From the IMG/VR virus record IMGVR_UViG_3300031949_000040, positions 1 to 59,977 of that record: a stretch of DNA of 59,977 bases. The stretch is one strand, 5' to 3'. Under the pieces are notes generated by a model. That model did no database searches, was not told the DNA's origin, and saw nothing but the letters and a program-made list of their open reading frames with translations. Positions 24,814-34,798 of this stretch are shown here, in pieces (position 1 is the stretch's first letter; each line of letters opens with the position of its first letter). Origin of the DNA: a virus. Lineage: Duplodnaviria; Caudoviricetes. The position numbers and the translations under genes are program-made.

Positions 24814-24842
24814 ATTATAAGCCCTTTCGGTCATAAAGTCAA
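24814..24842 (-). promoter_or_regulatory. Sigma70 promoter with a structured leader upstream of the replication genes
   Basis: TTGACT-17 bp-TATAAT. Confidence 0.8.
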
Positions 24843-25109
24843 TACTCAATTTACGGTTCGTACAGTTCTTGTTATCAACGTTACTATCACGAAATGACAT
24901 AATCACGCCCCATCCTTCGCATAGCTCCCCATCCCAACCGTCAACACCCGCTCAACTCTCCCCACTTCACCCAGACATCGAGGTTTTTGCTGGCGTTCCC
25001 GGCCCGCACCAGGCACCGGCCGCCATCGACTTGCATCACCGTGACCGGCCGGCCCAAATAAAAGTAAGTCTCACCTTTTACCGGCATCATCTCGCTATCC
25101 GAAATCACG

Positions 25110-25331
25110 TCACACATCTAGCCCCGGCAACATCGGCGCACCGACCAGCCGCATCATTTCATCCTCGCCAATCTCTTCGCGTCCATACTCCCACCTGCCC
25201 CACGCTTGCCAATCGGCTTCGGTGAACAGTCCAGCCGTGTGTTTATCAGGGCAGAACTCATTCGGCCCGTCTATGGTCGGTGGCATTAAAAACCACTTGC
25301 TATCAATGTCAAAAAACCGGTATCGTTTCAT
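25110..25331 (-). CDS. Hypothetical protein
   Basis: 73 aa; co-oriented in the operon. Confidence 0.5.
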   Translation of the reverse strand: MKRYRFFDIDSKWFLMPPTIDGPNEFCPDKHTAGLFTEADWQAWGRWEYGREEIGEDEMMRLVGAPMLPGLDV

Positions 25332-25519
25332 TGCGTCTCACTCCCTTATGCTCCAACGTATCAATCGCTCAGTGCCAGCGGCTAGAGAGAAAAAACTGCC
25401 AACTATTAAAATATATCCACCCGTCCAGCCCATCGAGTGCAGGACCAGCGTCACCACCAATAGCCAAAATGAGAACGTGACAAATACAACGCCTTCCATT
25501 AACATTAAGGTTAAGGTTT

Positions 25520-26011
25520 TCACCGCATCTCCGCCTGCTCTACCATCTGTGCGAGGTGGTACTTGTCCCGCGTGCATATCGCGGCAGCTAAAGCGTCACT
25601 TTCATCATCTGGCCCATTCAGGCTAATTTCCAAAATTGTCTCTACTCCCAACCTGACAGCCTCTTTATCAGCCCGGCCACCCGAGACCGCCGCTTTGACC
25701 TGTGAGTTTGACAGTTCAAGGTAGGTGCAGCCACAGCGATAGACAGCCAGCAAGATGACGCCCCACGCGCCGCTGACCTCTATTATTCTTTTGCCCACTT
25801 TCTCGCCGGCATAAGGTTTCTCGACACCTACCACTTCGACATTGTGATACCTGATTTCGTGAACGAGCGCGTTAAATACGGCGTCAATTCGTTCCGAGTA
25901 GGTCCAGTCACTGCTGGTTTGAATAACGCCGCTGGCAACCAGCTTTACTTGTTCATTGATAATTCCATAACCACATTTATCAAACCCTGGATCCACGCCC
26001 ATATATTTCAT
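25520..26011 (-). CDS. ruvC: RuvC-like Holliday junction resolvase
   Basis: MGVDPG, VGVEKP, QVKAAVSGGRADKEAV, DESDALAAA. Confidence 0.9.
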   Translation of the reverse strand: MKYMGVDPGFDKCGYGIINEQVKLVASGVIQTSSDWTYSERIDAVFNALVHEIRYHNVEVVGVEKPYAGEKVGKRIIEVSGAWGVILLAVYRCGCTYLELSNSQVKAAVSGGRADKEAVRLGVETILEISLNGPDDESDALAAAICTRDKYHLAQMVEQAEMR

Positions 26012-26202
26012 TCCACCACCGCCTTGTATTTGCTCCAATGTCCCACGTGCCACCGGCCACACGCCTCACACTTCCAGGAATGAATATCTCCTATTTCCTC
26101 CCCCGGCTGTTTGGCCCACATCCGGGTGGCAGCTTGGCGGCCCTTTAGTTCGTTGGGATATTGCCGCTTGCCCGTTTTCTTGCATCTACGGGGGAGTCTC
26201 AT
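26008..26202 (-). CDS. Small Zn-binding phage protein
   Basis: CKKTGKRQY...WKCEACGRWHV. Confidence 0.55.
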   Translation of the reverse strand: MRLPRRCKKTGKRQYPNELKGRQAATRMWAKQPGEEIGDIHSWKCEACGRWHVGHWSKYKAVVE

Positions 26203-26387
26203 TCCACAATCACCCACGTCACAACCGCTGCCACGAACAAAATCAGCACAAACAACGCCAACATATCCACCCTTTCGATATTGCGCAGAGCGGGCTTCGT
26301 CCATTCTACCCACGACGCCAACAGCGCCGCCAGTGCCAAAGTCAAGATAGCTATTATTGCGGTAACGATAGCAACGCCTGTGTCCAT
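26199..26387 (-). CDS. Small two-helix membrane protein
   Basis: Two hydrophobic segments. Confidence 0.55.
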   Translation of the reverse strand: MDTGVAIVTAIIAILTLALAALLASWVEWTKPALRNIERVDMLALFVLILFVAAVVTWVIVE

Positions 26388-26657
26388 TTAGGCCGCTTCC
26401 GGCACGAGCAAATCATCAGAGAGTATTGCCCGTATCACCTCATCCAGCGTGCCCAAAAGCGCGCCGCCCTTAGTGCGGTAATGACGAACGCCACGGGTTA
26501 AATCATCGTCGATACGCTCGACAAGCTCTAAAGCGGCTTGATAGCGGGCTTCGCGGTCGTCGTCGTCCAGGGTGATAAGCTCCGAAAGCGACTCAGTCGA
26601 TAACTCCAAATAGGTCGGGGTATTCAGGCGGGGCCGGTGGGCTAAAGTTGTGGCCAT
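26388..26657 (-). CDS. Hypothetical protein
   Basis: 89 aa; AAGGAG RBS. Confidence 0.6.
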   Translation of the reverse strand: MATTLAHRPRLNTPTYLELSTESLSELITLDDDDREARYQAALELVERIDDDLTRGVRHYRTKGGALLGTLDEVIRAILSDDLLVPEAA

Positions 26658-26666
26658 GGTGCTCCT

Positions 26667-27464
26667 TTACAAAAAACAATATCCGCTATCACACTCAGCA
26701 TCTTTAATATCAACAAAGCCGAGTTGCGTTGCTCCAAAATCTTCGGCTATCTTTAGCTCAATCAGCGGCAAGCGGTCTGGGTGAACATAGGCCACATAAC
26801 CGGGGCGCTTATTCCTGATCGCCTCATCGACCTCTACGGCGGTTTTCCAGTCCGTGCCGTTAGCGCGTTTCATTTCCTGCCAGGTTGCCCGCCGATGATA
26901 AGGGCAGAAAACATAACTTGATTTAGGGGGAACGGGTAGGCCGTTCTTTTCAAGCCAGATGATGCAATCTTGGCGGGTCATTCGCTTTTCTAGTAGCGGG
27001 AATCGGTGGGTGATCCATTGCACATCTGAATCCTTTGCCCGTTCAACCTCATCAATGGTAATGCCCATCCATTGCTCTGCCTGGGTCACGCCTTGTGCCC
27101 GTAGCCACCGGCGCATAGGGGTTATTTTCCAGCGTTGGGTACATTGGCGGCGCAGCATACCAGATGGACTACCATCATCGTAAGTTGTAAAGGCGGGAAC
27201 GAAGACGCCACCCCATTCATCGGCTACGGCTTCGCTTACCGAGTCGTCTCTTACTGTCACAACTCGTAAGCCCCTTTGGACTAGCCAGGGCGTCCATTTT
27301 TCTACAAATTCATAGGTTGCTTGGCGCTCAGAGGATGTATCAGCGTGCAAGGCCACGTCAACCGGCTCCAACTCGCCTAATGCCGACATAGCACACATGG
27401 TGAAAGATTGAACGCCCCATCCTAAACTGATTACCTTCACGTGGAAAGCCTTTCTTGCCGCCAA
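26667..27464 (-). CDS. PAPS-reductase/adenine-nucleotide alpha-hydrolase-like phage protein
   Basis: ISLGWGVQS PP-loop variant, ADT..E, RQCT..WKI.P, KSSYVFCPY; start uncertain. Confidence 0.75.
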   Translation of the reverse strand: MAARKAFHVKVISLGWGVQSFTMCAMSALGELEPVDVALHADTSSERQATYEFVEKWTPWLVQRGLRVVTVRDDSVSEAVADEWGGVFVPAFTTYDDGSPSGMLRRQCTQRWKITPMRRWLRAQGVTQAEQWMGITIDEVERAKDSDVQWITHRFPLLEKRMTRQDCIIWLEKNGLPVPPKSSYVFCPYHRRATWQEMKRANGTDWKTAVEVDEAIRNKRPGYVAYVHPDRLPLIELKIAEDFGATQLGFVDIKDAECDSGYCFL

Positions 27465-27473
27465 AAAACAAAA

Positions 27474-27505
27474 AGCACGCTAGACGGATATTTCGTCTGC
27501 GTGCT
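27474..27505 (-). terminator. Hairpin/terminator immediately after the integrase (att-site candidate)
   Basis: AGCACGC-TAGACG...CGTCT-GCGTGCT; T-rich run on the minus strand. Confidence 0.5.
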
Positions 27506-29159
27506 ATACTCCCAACTCTGATAAATTAAGGGTGTGAGAAATCTCTATGGCATAGTGCGGTATACTCCACCCAGTACCGTTGGCAATTGGCAACACGGCA
27601 TCTCTCAAAATACACCTGATATGGGCCAATTTTTGACTATCTCTCACTTCTACCCTTGCCGTTAAATCAAGCGCATCAATCCAGGCAGAGCGGATCTCAA
27701 ATGGCTCATCATCTTCAAATTCAAGACCTTGCTGAAAGGTAAAGAATTGCTCCGAAAAGGCCAGGGTCCGATCAAAGGGTAGGGCCTGCGACAATGCGGA
27801 AATTAGGACTTGTTCGCGTTCCCTTAGTCCTAAAAGCTCTGCCTTTATCTCGGTCCGTACCGCTTCGATGTCCGATGTATCCTCATCACTGGATTGTGCA
27901 AAGGCCAGCAGCAGCCTTTTTAATTCCCGCTCTTTATTCGCTGCGTGCCTCTTGACTTCTTCAAGCTCTGCGCTCATTGTTTCAAACTGACCCATGTTGG
28001 TTTCCATAGATGCTTCTATAATTTGGCTTAAGTACTCCGGGTCACTCAGTAGCTTTTTAGTCCAGTGCCAAATGCCATTGTCAAATCTATCAACTCTAAA
28101 GAATGGGAGAGTACACCATTCAAAGCCGGGGAACTGCTTACTCTGGCGTGACGAGCAGTAATAATATTTGTGCTGCGCTCCGTCGCTTTCGGCTTGACAG
28201 TAGAGCTTGTGATTGCAACCAGCGCACGTTAGCCGCTTGCTCAGTAGGTATTGATGACGCATATTCCGGGAAGCCCGCTCTCTGTTAATTTCAAAGCGTT
28301 GCTGTGCTCTCTCCCAAATATGACGGTCAACGATGGCTGGCACTTCGACAGGTATCCACTCCGGGCGCGGCGCATCAATCCATTTAATGCGCTTTTGACC
28401 ATCAATAATAACAGTTTGGCGCCGCCTCTTGCCCCAATACCAGACGCCGCAATAGGTCTCATTGGATAGAATTTGCTGGATTGTTCTAGGCAGCCACACG
28501 CCATAACCGTTCTTTTTGGCTCCACCGTATAGGTCCGCATAGGTTGGTACTTTCATCTGGCTCAAGTGAGCCGCAATCCTGGCCGTGCTATAACCATCTA
28601 TCAAGTAGAGCTTAAATATTTGGCGGATCACTTGCGCTTCTTCTTCGTGAATTACCAGTTTACCATCTATCAGAATGTAGCCATAAGGCGGTCGCTGGGC
28701 TACGATAATATTACCCTCTTCTACCTTGGTGCGCTTGCCCTTGCGTGTTCTCTCTAGCAGGGTGCGCCACCATTCTTTCGCAAATCGGCCATAAATATCT
28801 TCGGAGACCTGGCCGCCAAAATCAAAATTGATTTTGCCTCGCAGTGAGTAATGTAGCTCAACTCCTTTTCGCTCCCACTCATCACGCAAAATCGTGTAAT
28901 GAACGGGGTCTCTGGTAACACGGTCGTTGTTGTGCGCAATAAGAACACCGATACCGTTTTCTACCAGATATTGCCGCGCCGCCGTGAAGCCGGGGCGGTC
29001 AAGGATCATCCCACTTTCGTCGTCAAAGAAATCGGCCACGATAACAAAACCATTGCGCCCGGCGTAGGTTTGATTATCGCGATCCTGCGTCTCCGGTGAA
29101 AACCCCCGGTCGTCCTGTTCCTTCGTTGACACTCGCCGGTACTGTATTGCTGGTATCAT
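27504..29159 (-). CDS. Large serine recombinase (integrase)
   Basis: YRRVSTKEQ, DRVTR, PPYGY, Zn-ribbon CAGC..YYYCS, coiled coil. Confidence 0.93.
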   Translation of the reverse strand: MIPAIQYRRVSTKEQDDRGFSPETQDRDNQTYAGRNGFVIVADFFDDESGMILDRPGFTAARQYLVENGIGVLIAHNNDRVTRDPVHYTILRDEWERKGVELHYSLRGKINFDFGGQVSEDIYGRFAKEWWRTLLERTRKGKRTKVEEGNIIVAQRPPYGYILIDGKLVIHEEEAQVIRQIFKLYLIDGYSTARIAAHLSQMKVPTYADLYGGAKKNGYGVWLPRTIQQILSNETYCGVWYWGKRRRQTVIIDGQKRIKWIDAPRPEWIPVEVPAIVDRHIWERAQQRFEINRERASRNMRHQYLLSKRLTCAGCNHKLYCQAESDGAQHKYYYCSSRQSKQFPGFEWCTLPFFRVDRFDNGIWHWTKKLLSDPEYLSQIIEASMETNMGQFETMSAELEEVKRHAANKERELKRLLLAFAQSSDEDTSDIEAVRTEIKAELLGLREREQVLISALSQALPFDRTLAFSEQFFTFQQGLEFEDDEPFEIRSAWIDALDLTARVEVRDSQKLAHIRCILRDAVLPIANGTGWSIPHYAIEISHTLNLSELGV

Positions 29160-29309
29160 TAGCTATCCTCCCCTGTTGCTTTTGCATCAGCCACGCCAAA
29201 TGAAGCCGGTAAGCAGCTACCAGTTTTGGCATGATGTGCGTTGGTATTTTTTTACTCATTATACCATTGTTTTGAGTAGAGAGAGGGTTTGCTTCTTGGG
29301 TAGTTTGGC

Positions 29310-29654
29310 TCATTGACTTCGCGTCCGTATTTCCCTGATGTCCTTTAGGGTGGTGATTTCACTTTCCCCTAGCTTGTAAATCTCACAAAGGCCGCCCCTG
29401 ATTTTATGCGTTACCTCTTTGGGTAATTCTCCGGGGTGGGCGAAACAATTTGATAGCATGTCGTGAATGTGCGCCTCTGCTTGCAACGGGGAACGGGTAG
29501 CAATCACGTGAATAATATCATTTACGCTAAGCCCTAGCCCACCGGCTCTTTGCTTGGGAGACATAGACCATCCGATCTTGTAGTAGTCACCAAAAATACG
29601 GGCAATGTAGATATAGGCCGGTGCATCGGGGTAAAGGGTTTGTCCTATTTTCAT
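29310..29654 (-). CDS. GIY-YIG/T5orf172-like protein
   Basis: YIYIA...YKIGWS..P.QR...AEAHIH. Confidence 0.65.
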   Translation of the reverse strand: MKIGQTLYPDAPAYIYIARIFGDYYKIGWSMSPKQRAGGLGLSVNDIIHVIATRSPLQAEAHIHDMLSNCFAHPGELPKEVTHKIRGGLCEIYKLGESEITTLKDIREIRTRSQ

Positions 29655-30259
29655 CGCGTTAATCCCTTGCTGCTCTTCTGGTCATAGTCACCTCGGCGCG
29701 CATTTGTAATAGTGCCTTTGAGCCGGTGCAAAATGCCCAACGTTTTGTTGATTTTGACCGCTTCGGCCTTGCCCAGCTCCGTGCCGGTTTCAAGCAGCCT
29801 GGTCAACTGGTCAATGGCATCCTGAGTTAAGGCTATTGCGTCCAGTATGCCCCAAATGAGCTTGTAGCTTTTGGGGTTTAGCTCCGCTTCCTTTTTCTCA
29901 TTCGCCAGCGACCGGACGATGATCCCAATGCTGCTGGTCGAAATCACGAGGGCGACGGTGAACCAGTCACCTTGACCGCCACCCCAGGGATAGGCTATGA
30001 GTAGGTCTATCCCGACGCCTATCACCACGGTTATCCAGGTGCGCTCTTCGGCCAGAAACTTGCCGTGCCGGTTGAACTGGATGAAAACTGCCCACAAAGC
30101 GCCCCACAAAATCCCTAACGAAACTCGAAAAATTAGCGGCAAATCTACGGAAATCTGTAACAAGGTATCGTTTATGTGATATACTCCTATTACAAATACG
30201 CTCCCGCAGGCCTTGCAAGCGTAAGGTACAAGGAACGTCATATTTCCGATTTGAGCCAC
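29651..30259 (-). CDS. Membrane protein, hypothetical
   Basis: Three hydrophobic segments; true start probably downstream of 30259. Confidence 0.55.
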   Translation of the reverse strand: MAQIGNMTFLVPYACKACGSVFVIGVYHINDTLLQISVDLPLIFRVSLGILWGALWAVFIQFNRHGKFLAEERTWITVVIGVGIDLLIAYPWGGGQGDWFTVALVISTSSIGIIVRSLANEKKEAELNPKSYKLIWGILDAIALTQDAIDQLTRLLETGTELGKAEAVKINKTLGILHRLKGTITNARRGDYDQKSSKGLTR

Positions 30260-30754
30260 TCTAACGGGTGGCTCTCTTTGTGTGGGCGAAAACGAGCCGG
30301 GCCGCCGTCAAGTCATTTCACGCCCGATTCCCACCAGTAGGGGGGCGACGACCTTGTAGTTATCACCGGCAAACGCCGGTTGTCACGGGCGGTCCAGCTG
30401 CAAATGTGGTCGGCGCCGACGGAGCCACTTTTTAGGACACTGCCTCTCCGCTCTGTGTTTTCGGACAAGCTCCCTGAAGGTTGTCAACTTGCCATCTCCG
30501 CCCTTGCGGGCCACGTCCGAGGCGGCCTGGGAGTACGTACTGGCGCTTGTTACTTAGTGGCTAAACCACACGCTATCTAGTCTGGACCCTTCCCCTCTGG
30601 CCCGGTAGGAAAAGGAGTAAAACCTACCGGGCCATTGAAGGAGGAAACCATAGAGCGGCTGCTGTCGTTTCAACCGCCCCGGCCTGTCTCGCTGCGTTCG
30701 TAGCGGACAAAAGCCGCCGCCGCAGAGGGACGGGCCGGGAGGGTGGAAGTTAAT

Positions 30755-31324
30755 TCATACCAATTTCCAAAACATACTCAGGGGCGTCCATAGAGATACT
30801 GACCAGTAATAAATATCAACTTCTTTCTTTTGCCCGTTCACCCAACTAGGACCACGCCTGCAGGTATGCCATTTATTATTAAGGCGGAGAATATTGGCCG
30901 TTTCCCAATGTGTTATATCGTTTTCTTTTACTTCACGCCCTCCGGCTTTATCGTGATTGTGAATTGTGTACATCACGTTTTGGCCGGTTTCTCTGGCAAA
31001 CCAGAGCAAGGCATCAAAGCGGTAAACTTCCAGGCCGTAGGATGGGCCATTAGTCCGGTTGCCAAGAGGGTTCTTATGCTTAATTTCATGATGCTCCCCC
31101 GGCGCGGTCCAGATAACCACATCAGGAAGGGTATACCGGTTCCACCTTCCACCATTTTTGGCGAATGCTGTTATGGATGTTTCCCGGCCTAGTTGCATCG
31201 GGGTAAAGCTCTTGCCGTACTCGCTAGCCATAACACAAAGCTGGCGTTCCCAATATTGGCCTATCTCTCTATCGCCATTTAGGTCTTTGCAATGATTACT
31301 GTACACAAAGGGAGCTATGCTCAT
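30755..31324 (-). CDS. Hypothetical protein, possible PD-(D/E)xK nuclease
   Basis: LPDVV...HHEIKHK. Confidence 0.5.
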   Translation of the reverse strand: MSIAPFVYSNHCKDLNGDREIGQYWERQLCVMASEYGKSFTPMQLGRETSITAFAKNGGRWNRYTLPDVVIWTAPGEHHEIKHKNPLGNRTNGPSYGLEVYRFDALLWFARETGQNVMYTIHNHDKAGGREVKENDITHWETANILRLNNKWHTCRRGPSWVNGQKKEVDIYYWSVSLWTPLSMFWKLV

Positions 31325-31327
31325 TAT

Positions 31328-32485
31328 CTAGTCCTTTTTAGGAATGTAATGACCATCTGGGGTTGTAATTCGCCCAAGCTGAGAAAAAGCATCAATAAAC
31401 TTGGGGAGGCTGTTGCCTATATAGAATAGGGCCGTACCTTGTTTAGATTCGCCCTCATCGTCACCATTGCTCTTGATAAAGCTAAGACGGCGGCGGACAA
31501 AACATACCGGCCAATTGTCCCATAGTTCTTCAAACCACTTATAGCCCAGAGCCGACTTGACCAATAGAATCGCCTCGGTTACATGAGCCTTTTGGTATTC
31601 GGCTGTTAGCTTTTCTGCCCATATTTCTTGATTGCTTCGCCCATTTGTTTTTGAATAAGGCGGATTGAGAAACACATTGCCAAACCAGGGCAACGATAAA
31701 CCGTCGTCTTTTTCCGTTAAGTGGTGACGTGCCTTTATATTAGCTTGAGCTTCATCACTGGACGCCGGATCAAGGTCTATCTCTCCCATAACTTGACGTG
31801 CCAGCTCTATGATCTCAATGGGGGTATACCATTCGATGCTTTCATGGCTAAACATTGTCACCTGGGTTTGTTGAGATGCGCCATTACTGCCCGTTTCGGT
31901 CATCTGCTTGGCCTTGTCTCTGGCCTTGTCCTCTTCTTTGCTTGAATTGGCATAAATAGAAACGCTGGGAGCTGCGGGCGGTCTGGGTTGTTCGTTCTTC
32001 TTGCGTTTCTTTTTGGGGGGGTAGAGCTTGCCATCTTTACCCTTGACTTTGGTTGGCTGCGTGATACTGGAATCCGTGTGAGTTATTGAATTTTCAATAA
32101 CTGAGTGCCATACGGTTGCGGCGTCTACCCCCGTCGCATCGGCTATCTGCTGATACGTCGCACCGTCCTTCCGCATATCTGCCCAAAGTTCTTCGCGTTG
32201 ATCTTTGGTCAAATGGCGGCGCATGATATTCAAGGCTCGGACGTGGTTTCGTTTCTGTTCTTCTGAGAGGCCGCCACGTGTAACACTGGGGTAATGGTCT
32301 GGTAAAAATACGCCATCTTCTCTTTTTAATTCATTCCATGCCCTTAGCCGGTGATGACCATCCAAAACATTGCCATCCTCATCAAACTCGATAGGGACGA
32401 TAATGCCGCGTATTGCTATATCGCTTTTAAGTGATTGATATTCTTGTTCGGTTAAGGAAGGTAAAAGTTGATACTTCATAATCAA
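31328..32485 (-). CDS. ParB-N/HTH fused to a phage N6-adenine methyltransferase
   Basis: VLDGHHR; EWYTP, DLDPAS, DDGL, FLNPPY. Confidence 0.85.
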   Translation of the reverse strand: MIMKYQLLPSLTEQEYQSLKSDIAIRGIIVPIEFDEDGNVLDGHHRLRAWNELKREDGVFLPDHYPSVTRGGLSEEQKRNHVRALNIMRRHLTKDQREELWADMRKDGATYQQIADATGVDAATVWHSVIENSITHTDSSITQPTKVKGKDGKLYPPKKKRKKNEQPRPPAAPSVSIYANSSKEEDKARDKAKQMTETGSNGASQQTQVTMFSHESIEWYTPIEIIELARQVMGEIDLDPASSDEAQANIKARHHLTEKDDGLSLPWFGNVFLNPPYSKTNGRSNQEIWAEKLTAEYQKAHVTEAILLVKSALGYKWFEELWDNWPVCFVRRRLSFIKSNGDDEGESKQGTALFYIGNSLPKFIDAFSQLGRITTPDGHYIPKKD

Positions 32486-32544
32486 AAGGTCGTCAAACTT
32501 AGAGCATCCATAGCTCTCCTTACAAACGCAACCCGAGCCGCTTA

Positions 32545-32799
32545 CTAGGCGGCCAGGGCCAGGGTGGTGTTAGGGTTTTTTTTGGTGGGCATAGGGAACT
32601 CAACGGTCAAGCTTGGCGTGATGCCCTTTTCCTGAAAGAACTGGCCGATGGCGTCGATGTGCTCATCATTTAGCGAAATTAAACCGCCCTCAAATCTACT
32701 GACATCTTCCCTGGTGACGCCAATATAATCGGCCAGTTCTTGCTGGGTGATTTTATTATGTACGCGAATCAATTTTAGGCTTGGGCCTAGATGGACCAT
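32545..32799 (-). CDS. Cro-like XRE HTH regulator
   Basis: ITQQELADYIGVTREDVSRFEGG; AGGAGG RBS. Confidence 0.85.
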   Translation of the reverse strand: MVHLGPSLKLIRVHNKITQQELADYIGVTREDVSRFEGGLISLNDEHIDAIGQFFQEKGITPSLTVEFPMPTKKNPNTTLALAA

Positions 32800-32811
32800 T
32801 ATAGCCTCCTG

Positions 32812-32901
32812 TATCCAATTGGAATATGAAAAATACCTGAAGGAATTGTAACATACTTGTATACAGTTGTCAAGAGGCAGATTGTTTATTCCCACAGGAA
32901 A
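32812..32901. promoter_or_regulatory. Lysis/lysogeny switch: leftward promoter and three operators
   Basis: TTGACA(32873-32868)-17-TACAAT; ATTCC-N4-GGAAT-like sites at 32812, 32833 and 32888. Confidence 0.75.
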
Positions 32902-32909
32902 TATGAAAG

Positions 32910-33656
32910 ATGGTAGAATCCTACCTGATGGAAGAATTTATAACGTGGCTGGAAGAAGAATTAAATAGGCGGGACTGGCAACCGGCTGACCTTGCTAGAA
33001 AGGCCAATCTTGGGAATAGCACGATTACTAGAATATTAGGAGAGACCAGAAAGGCAGGCCCTGAAGTTTGCGTGGCTATTGCTCAGGCACTAGGCGAGCC
33101 ACCTGAAAAGGTCTTCAGATTGGCTGGCCTTTTGCCACCATCTCCAGAGCCGGCCAATGGAGAGGATCAACTACTAATTGCTTTCCGGCAACTACCTTCT
33201 CAGCAACAGCGTTTCCTGCTGGACATGTTACGAGGGTCACATGGGCAACTAATAGAATTACCAGTATCTACTAATTTGGACACGGCATGGCCAGACGAAC
33301 CATCGCCGGATATGGAGGATATAGCTAATATCGTTCAACACCTTGACGAATTAGAACGGCGGCTAGTTTTTGATTATGCACGGTGGCGACTGGCCGAGCA
33401 GGGAGCGCGGCGCAATTCAACCGGTAAGCGGCAAGGGGGGAAAAAGAGGAAAGAACGCGAGGAAATAATCGGCTTGATAGACTTATATTTGGCCGTTGAT
33501 GAGGCTCCACAAGAGAAGATAGATAGCTTTATCGCCGCCCTGACTGAATGGTATTTCTTGCAACAGGAAAATGAACAAGAGAGTGATAGCCAGATTGTAG
33601 CCAGTCAATCGCCTCAACATAACTCAGGCCAGTCGCCTCAACAAGATCAAGAATAG
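32910..33656 (+). CDS. CI-like XRE repressor
   Basis: WQPADLARKANLGNSTITRIL...IAQALG; divergent from Cro. Confidence 0.85.
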   Translation: MVESYLMEEFITWLEEELNRRDWQPADLARKANLGNSTITRILGETRKAGPEVCVAIAQALGEPPEKVFRLAGLLPPSPEPANGEDQLLIAFRQLPSQQQRFLLDMLRGSHGQLIELPVSTNLDTAWPDEPSPDMEDIANIVQHLDELERRLVFDYARWRLAEQGARRNSTGKRQGGKKRKEREEIIGLIDLYLAVDEAPQEKIDSFIAALTEWYFLQQENEQESDSQIVASQSPQHNSGQSPQQDQE

Positions 33657-33965
33657 CGAGAAAGGCAACATCCTTATCTTTGCCGGTTTCCTTTATACCT
33701 TTGAGGGATAATATGATTTTACAGGCCACGGAGGTATCTCCTCTCTGAGACAAGGGGGGGCAGGGGCTGCCTGTCCCGAGATGAAAATAGATAGATTTTG
33801 CGCAGCAACGGGTACTGCTTATTATACGCCATGTCTATCTAATTTGTCTACGAAAAAGAGTTAGAGTTTCATATGAATTTGCTGAGAAGCTGCTGAGAAA
33901 GATAGAACGGGCGTTCTAGCCTTCTGAACTTTCCTAATAAAATATCCGGTAAAGGAGCCGACCTG

Positions 33966-34730
33966 ATGAAAAACAAGAAACTACTTTTGATTCTATCGCC
34001 TATCGCCCTTATTGTTCTTTGTTGTGGCGGCCTTTTTATTTTTGCCGTCGTAGATACGTCATTGCGAGAGATTGGCTTTTTGCCAACCCGCACCCCTACA
34101 CCAACGATAGCCCCCACGCTCTCGCCTACCCCCACTTATACACCGTCTTCTACCTATACCCCTTTGCCAACAAGTATACCTCCACTGACTGAGACGCCAT
34201 TGCCCACTGATACACCAAAGCCAACCCCAACCGAAACGCCTATCCCGACACCTACATCCTCCGCGCCTTCTATTGTAGTAGAAAAGACCGTGAACTTACG
34301 CAGTGGGCCAGGAACGGATTACAAGGTAGTGGGCACATTGCCAATTAAGCAGAATTTCGAGATCATTGGCCGCAATGCTGATTCTTCGTGGTGGCAGATA
34401 AGTGTTAAAAACGAGCCGGTCTGGGTAGCTGCCAGTGTAGTCAAAGCTGTTAATATAGATCAAGAGATTGAAGTTATCGAGGCTGCCCCTCCGCCCCCAA
34501 CCCCAACTTCGATAATAGCCCACACACCAACCGTGGCTCCAACCTCTACACCGTTACCGGTATCCATACCAACGCAACCGCCTCAGCCTGTGGCAGTATG
34601 TAGCTGCTCCGGTGATTCTTATAACTGCTCAGATGGTGGAGCCGTTGCCTGTTTTCACTACTGTCAATCCATCGGGGCGGGTGATCCCCATCGCCTCGAT
34701 AGGGATAATGATGGCGCGGCTTGTGAGTGA
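33966..34730 (+). CDS. Membrane-anchored P/T-rich SH3b protein with Excalibur-like C-terminus
   Basis: N-terminal TM, PT linkers, VNLRSGPGTDY..GRN..WWQI, DSYNC...LDRDNDGAACE. Confidence 0.8.
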   Translation: MKNKKLLLILSPIALIVLCCGGLFIFAVVDTSLREIGFLPTRTPTPTIAPTLSPTPTYTPSSTYTPLPTSIPPLTETPLPTDTPKPTPTETPIPTPTSSAPSIVVEKTVNLRSGPGTDYKVVGTLPIKQNFEIIGRNADSSWWQISVKNEPVWVAASVVKAVNIDQEIEVIEAAPPPPTPTSIIAHTPTVAPTSTPLPVSIPTQPPQPVAVCSCSGDSYNCSDGGAVACFHYCQSIGAGDPHRLDRDNDGAACE

Positions 34731-34760
34731 GATTTAACCTAGTATCAACTTTGCCCTAAG

Positions 34761-34788
34761 CACCCCCTAACTGTGGGGTGTTTTTTTA
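34761..34788 (+). terminator. Intrinsic terminator
   Basis: CACCCC/GGGGTG stem followed by a T7 run. Confidence 0.75.
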
Positions 34789-34798
34789 TCTCTAAATA

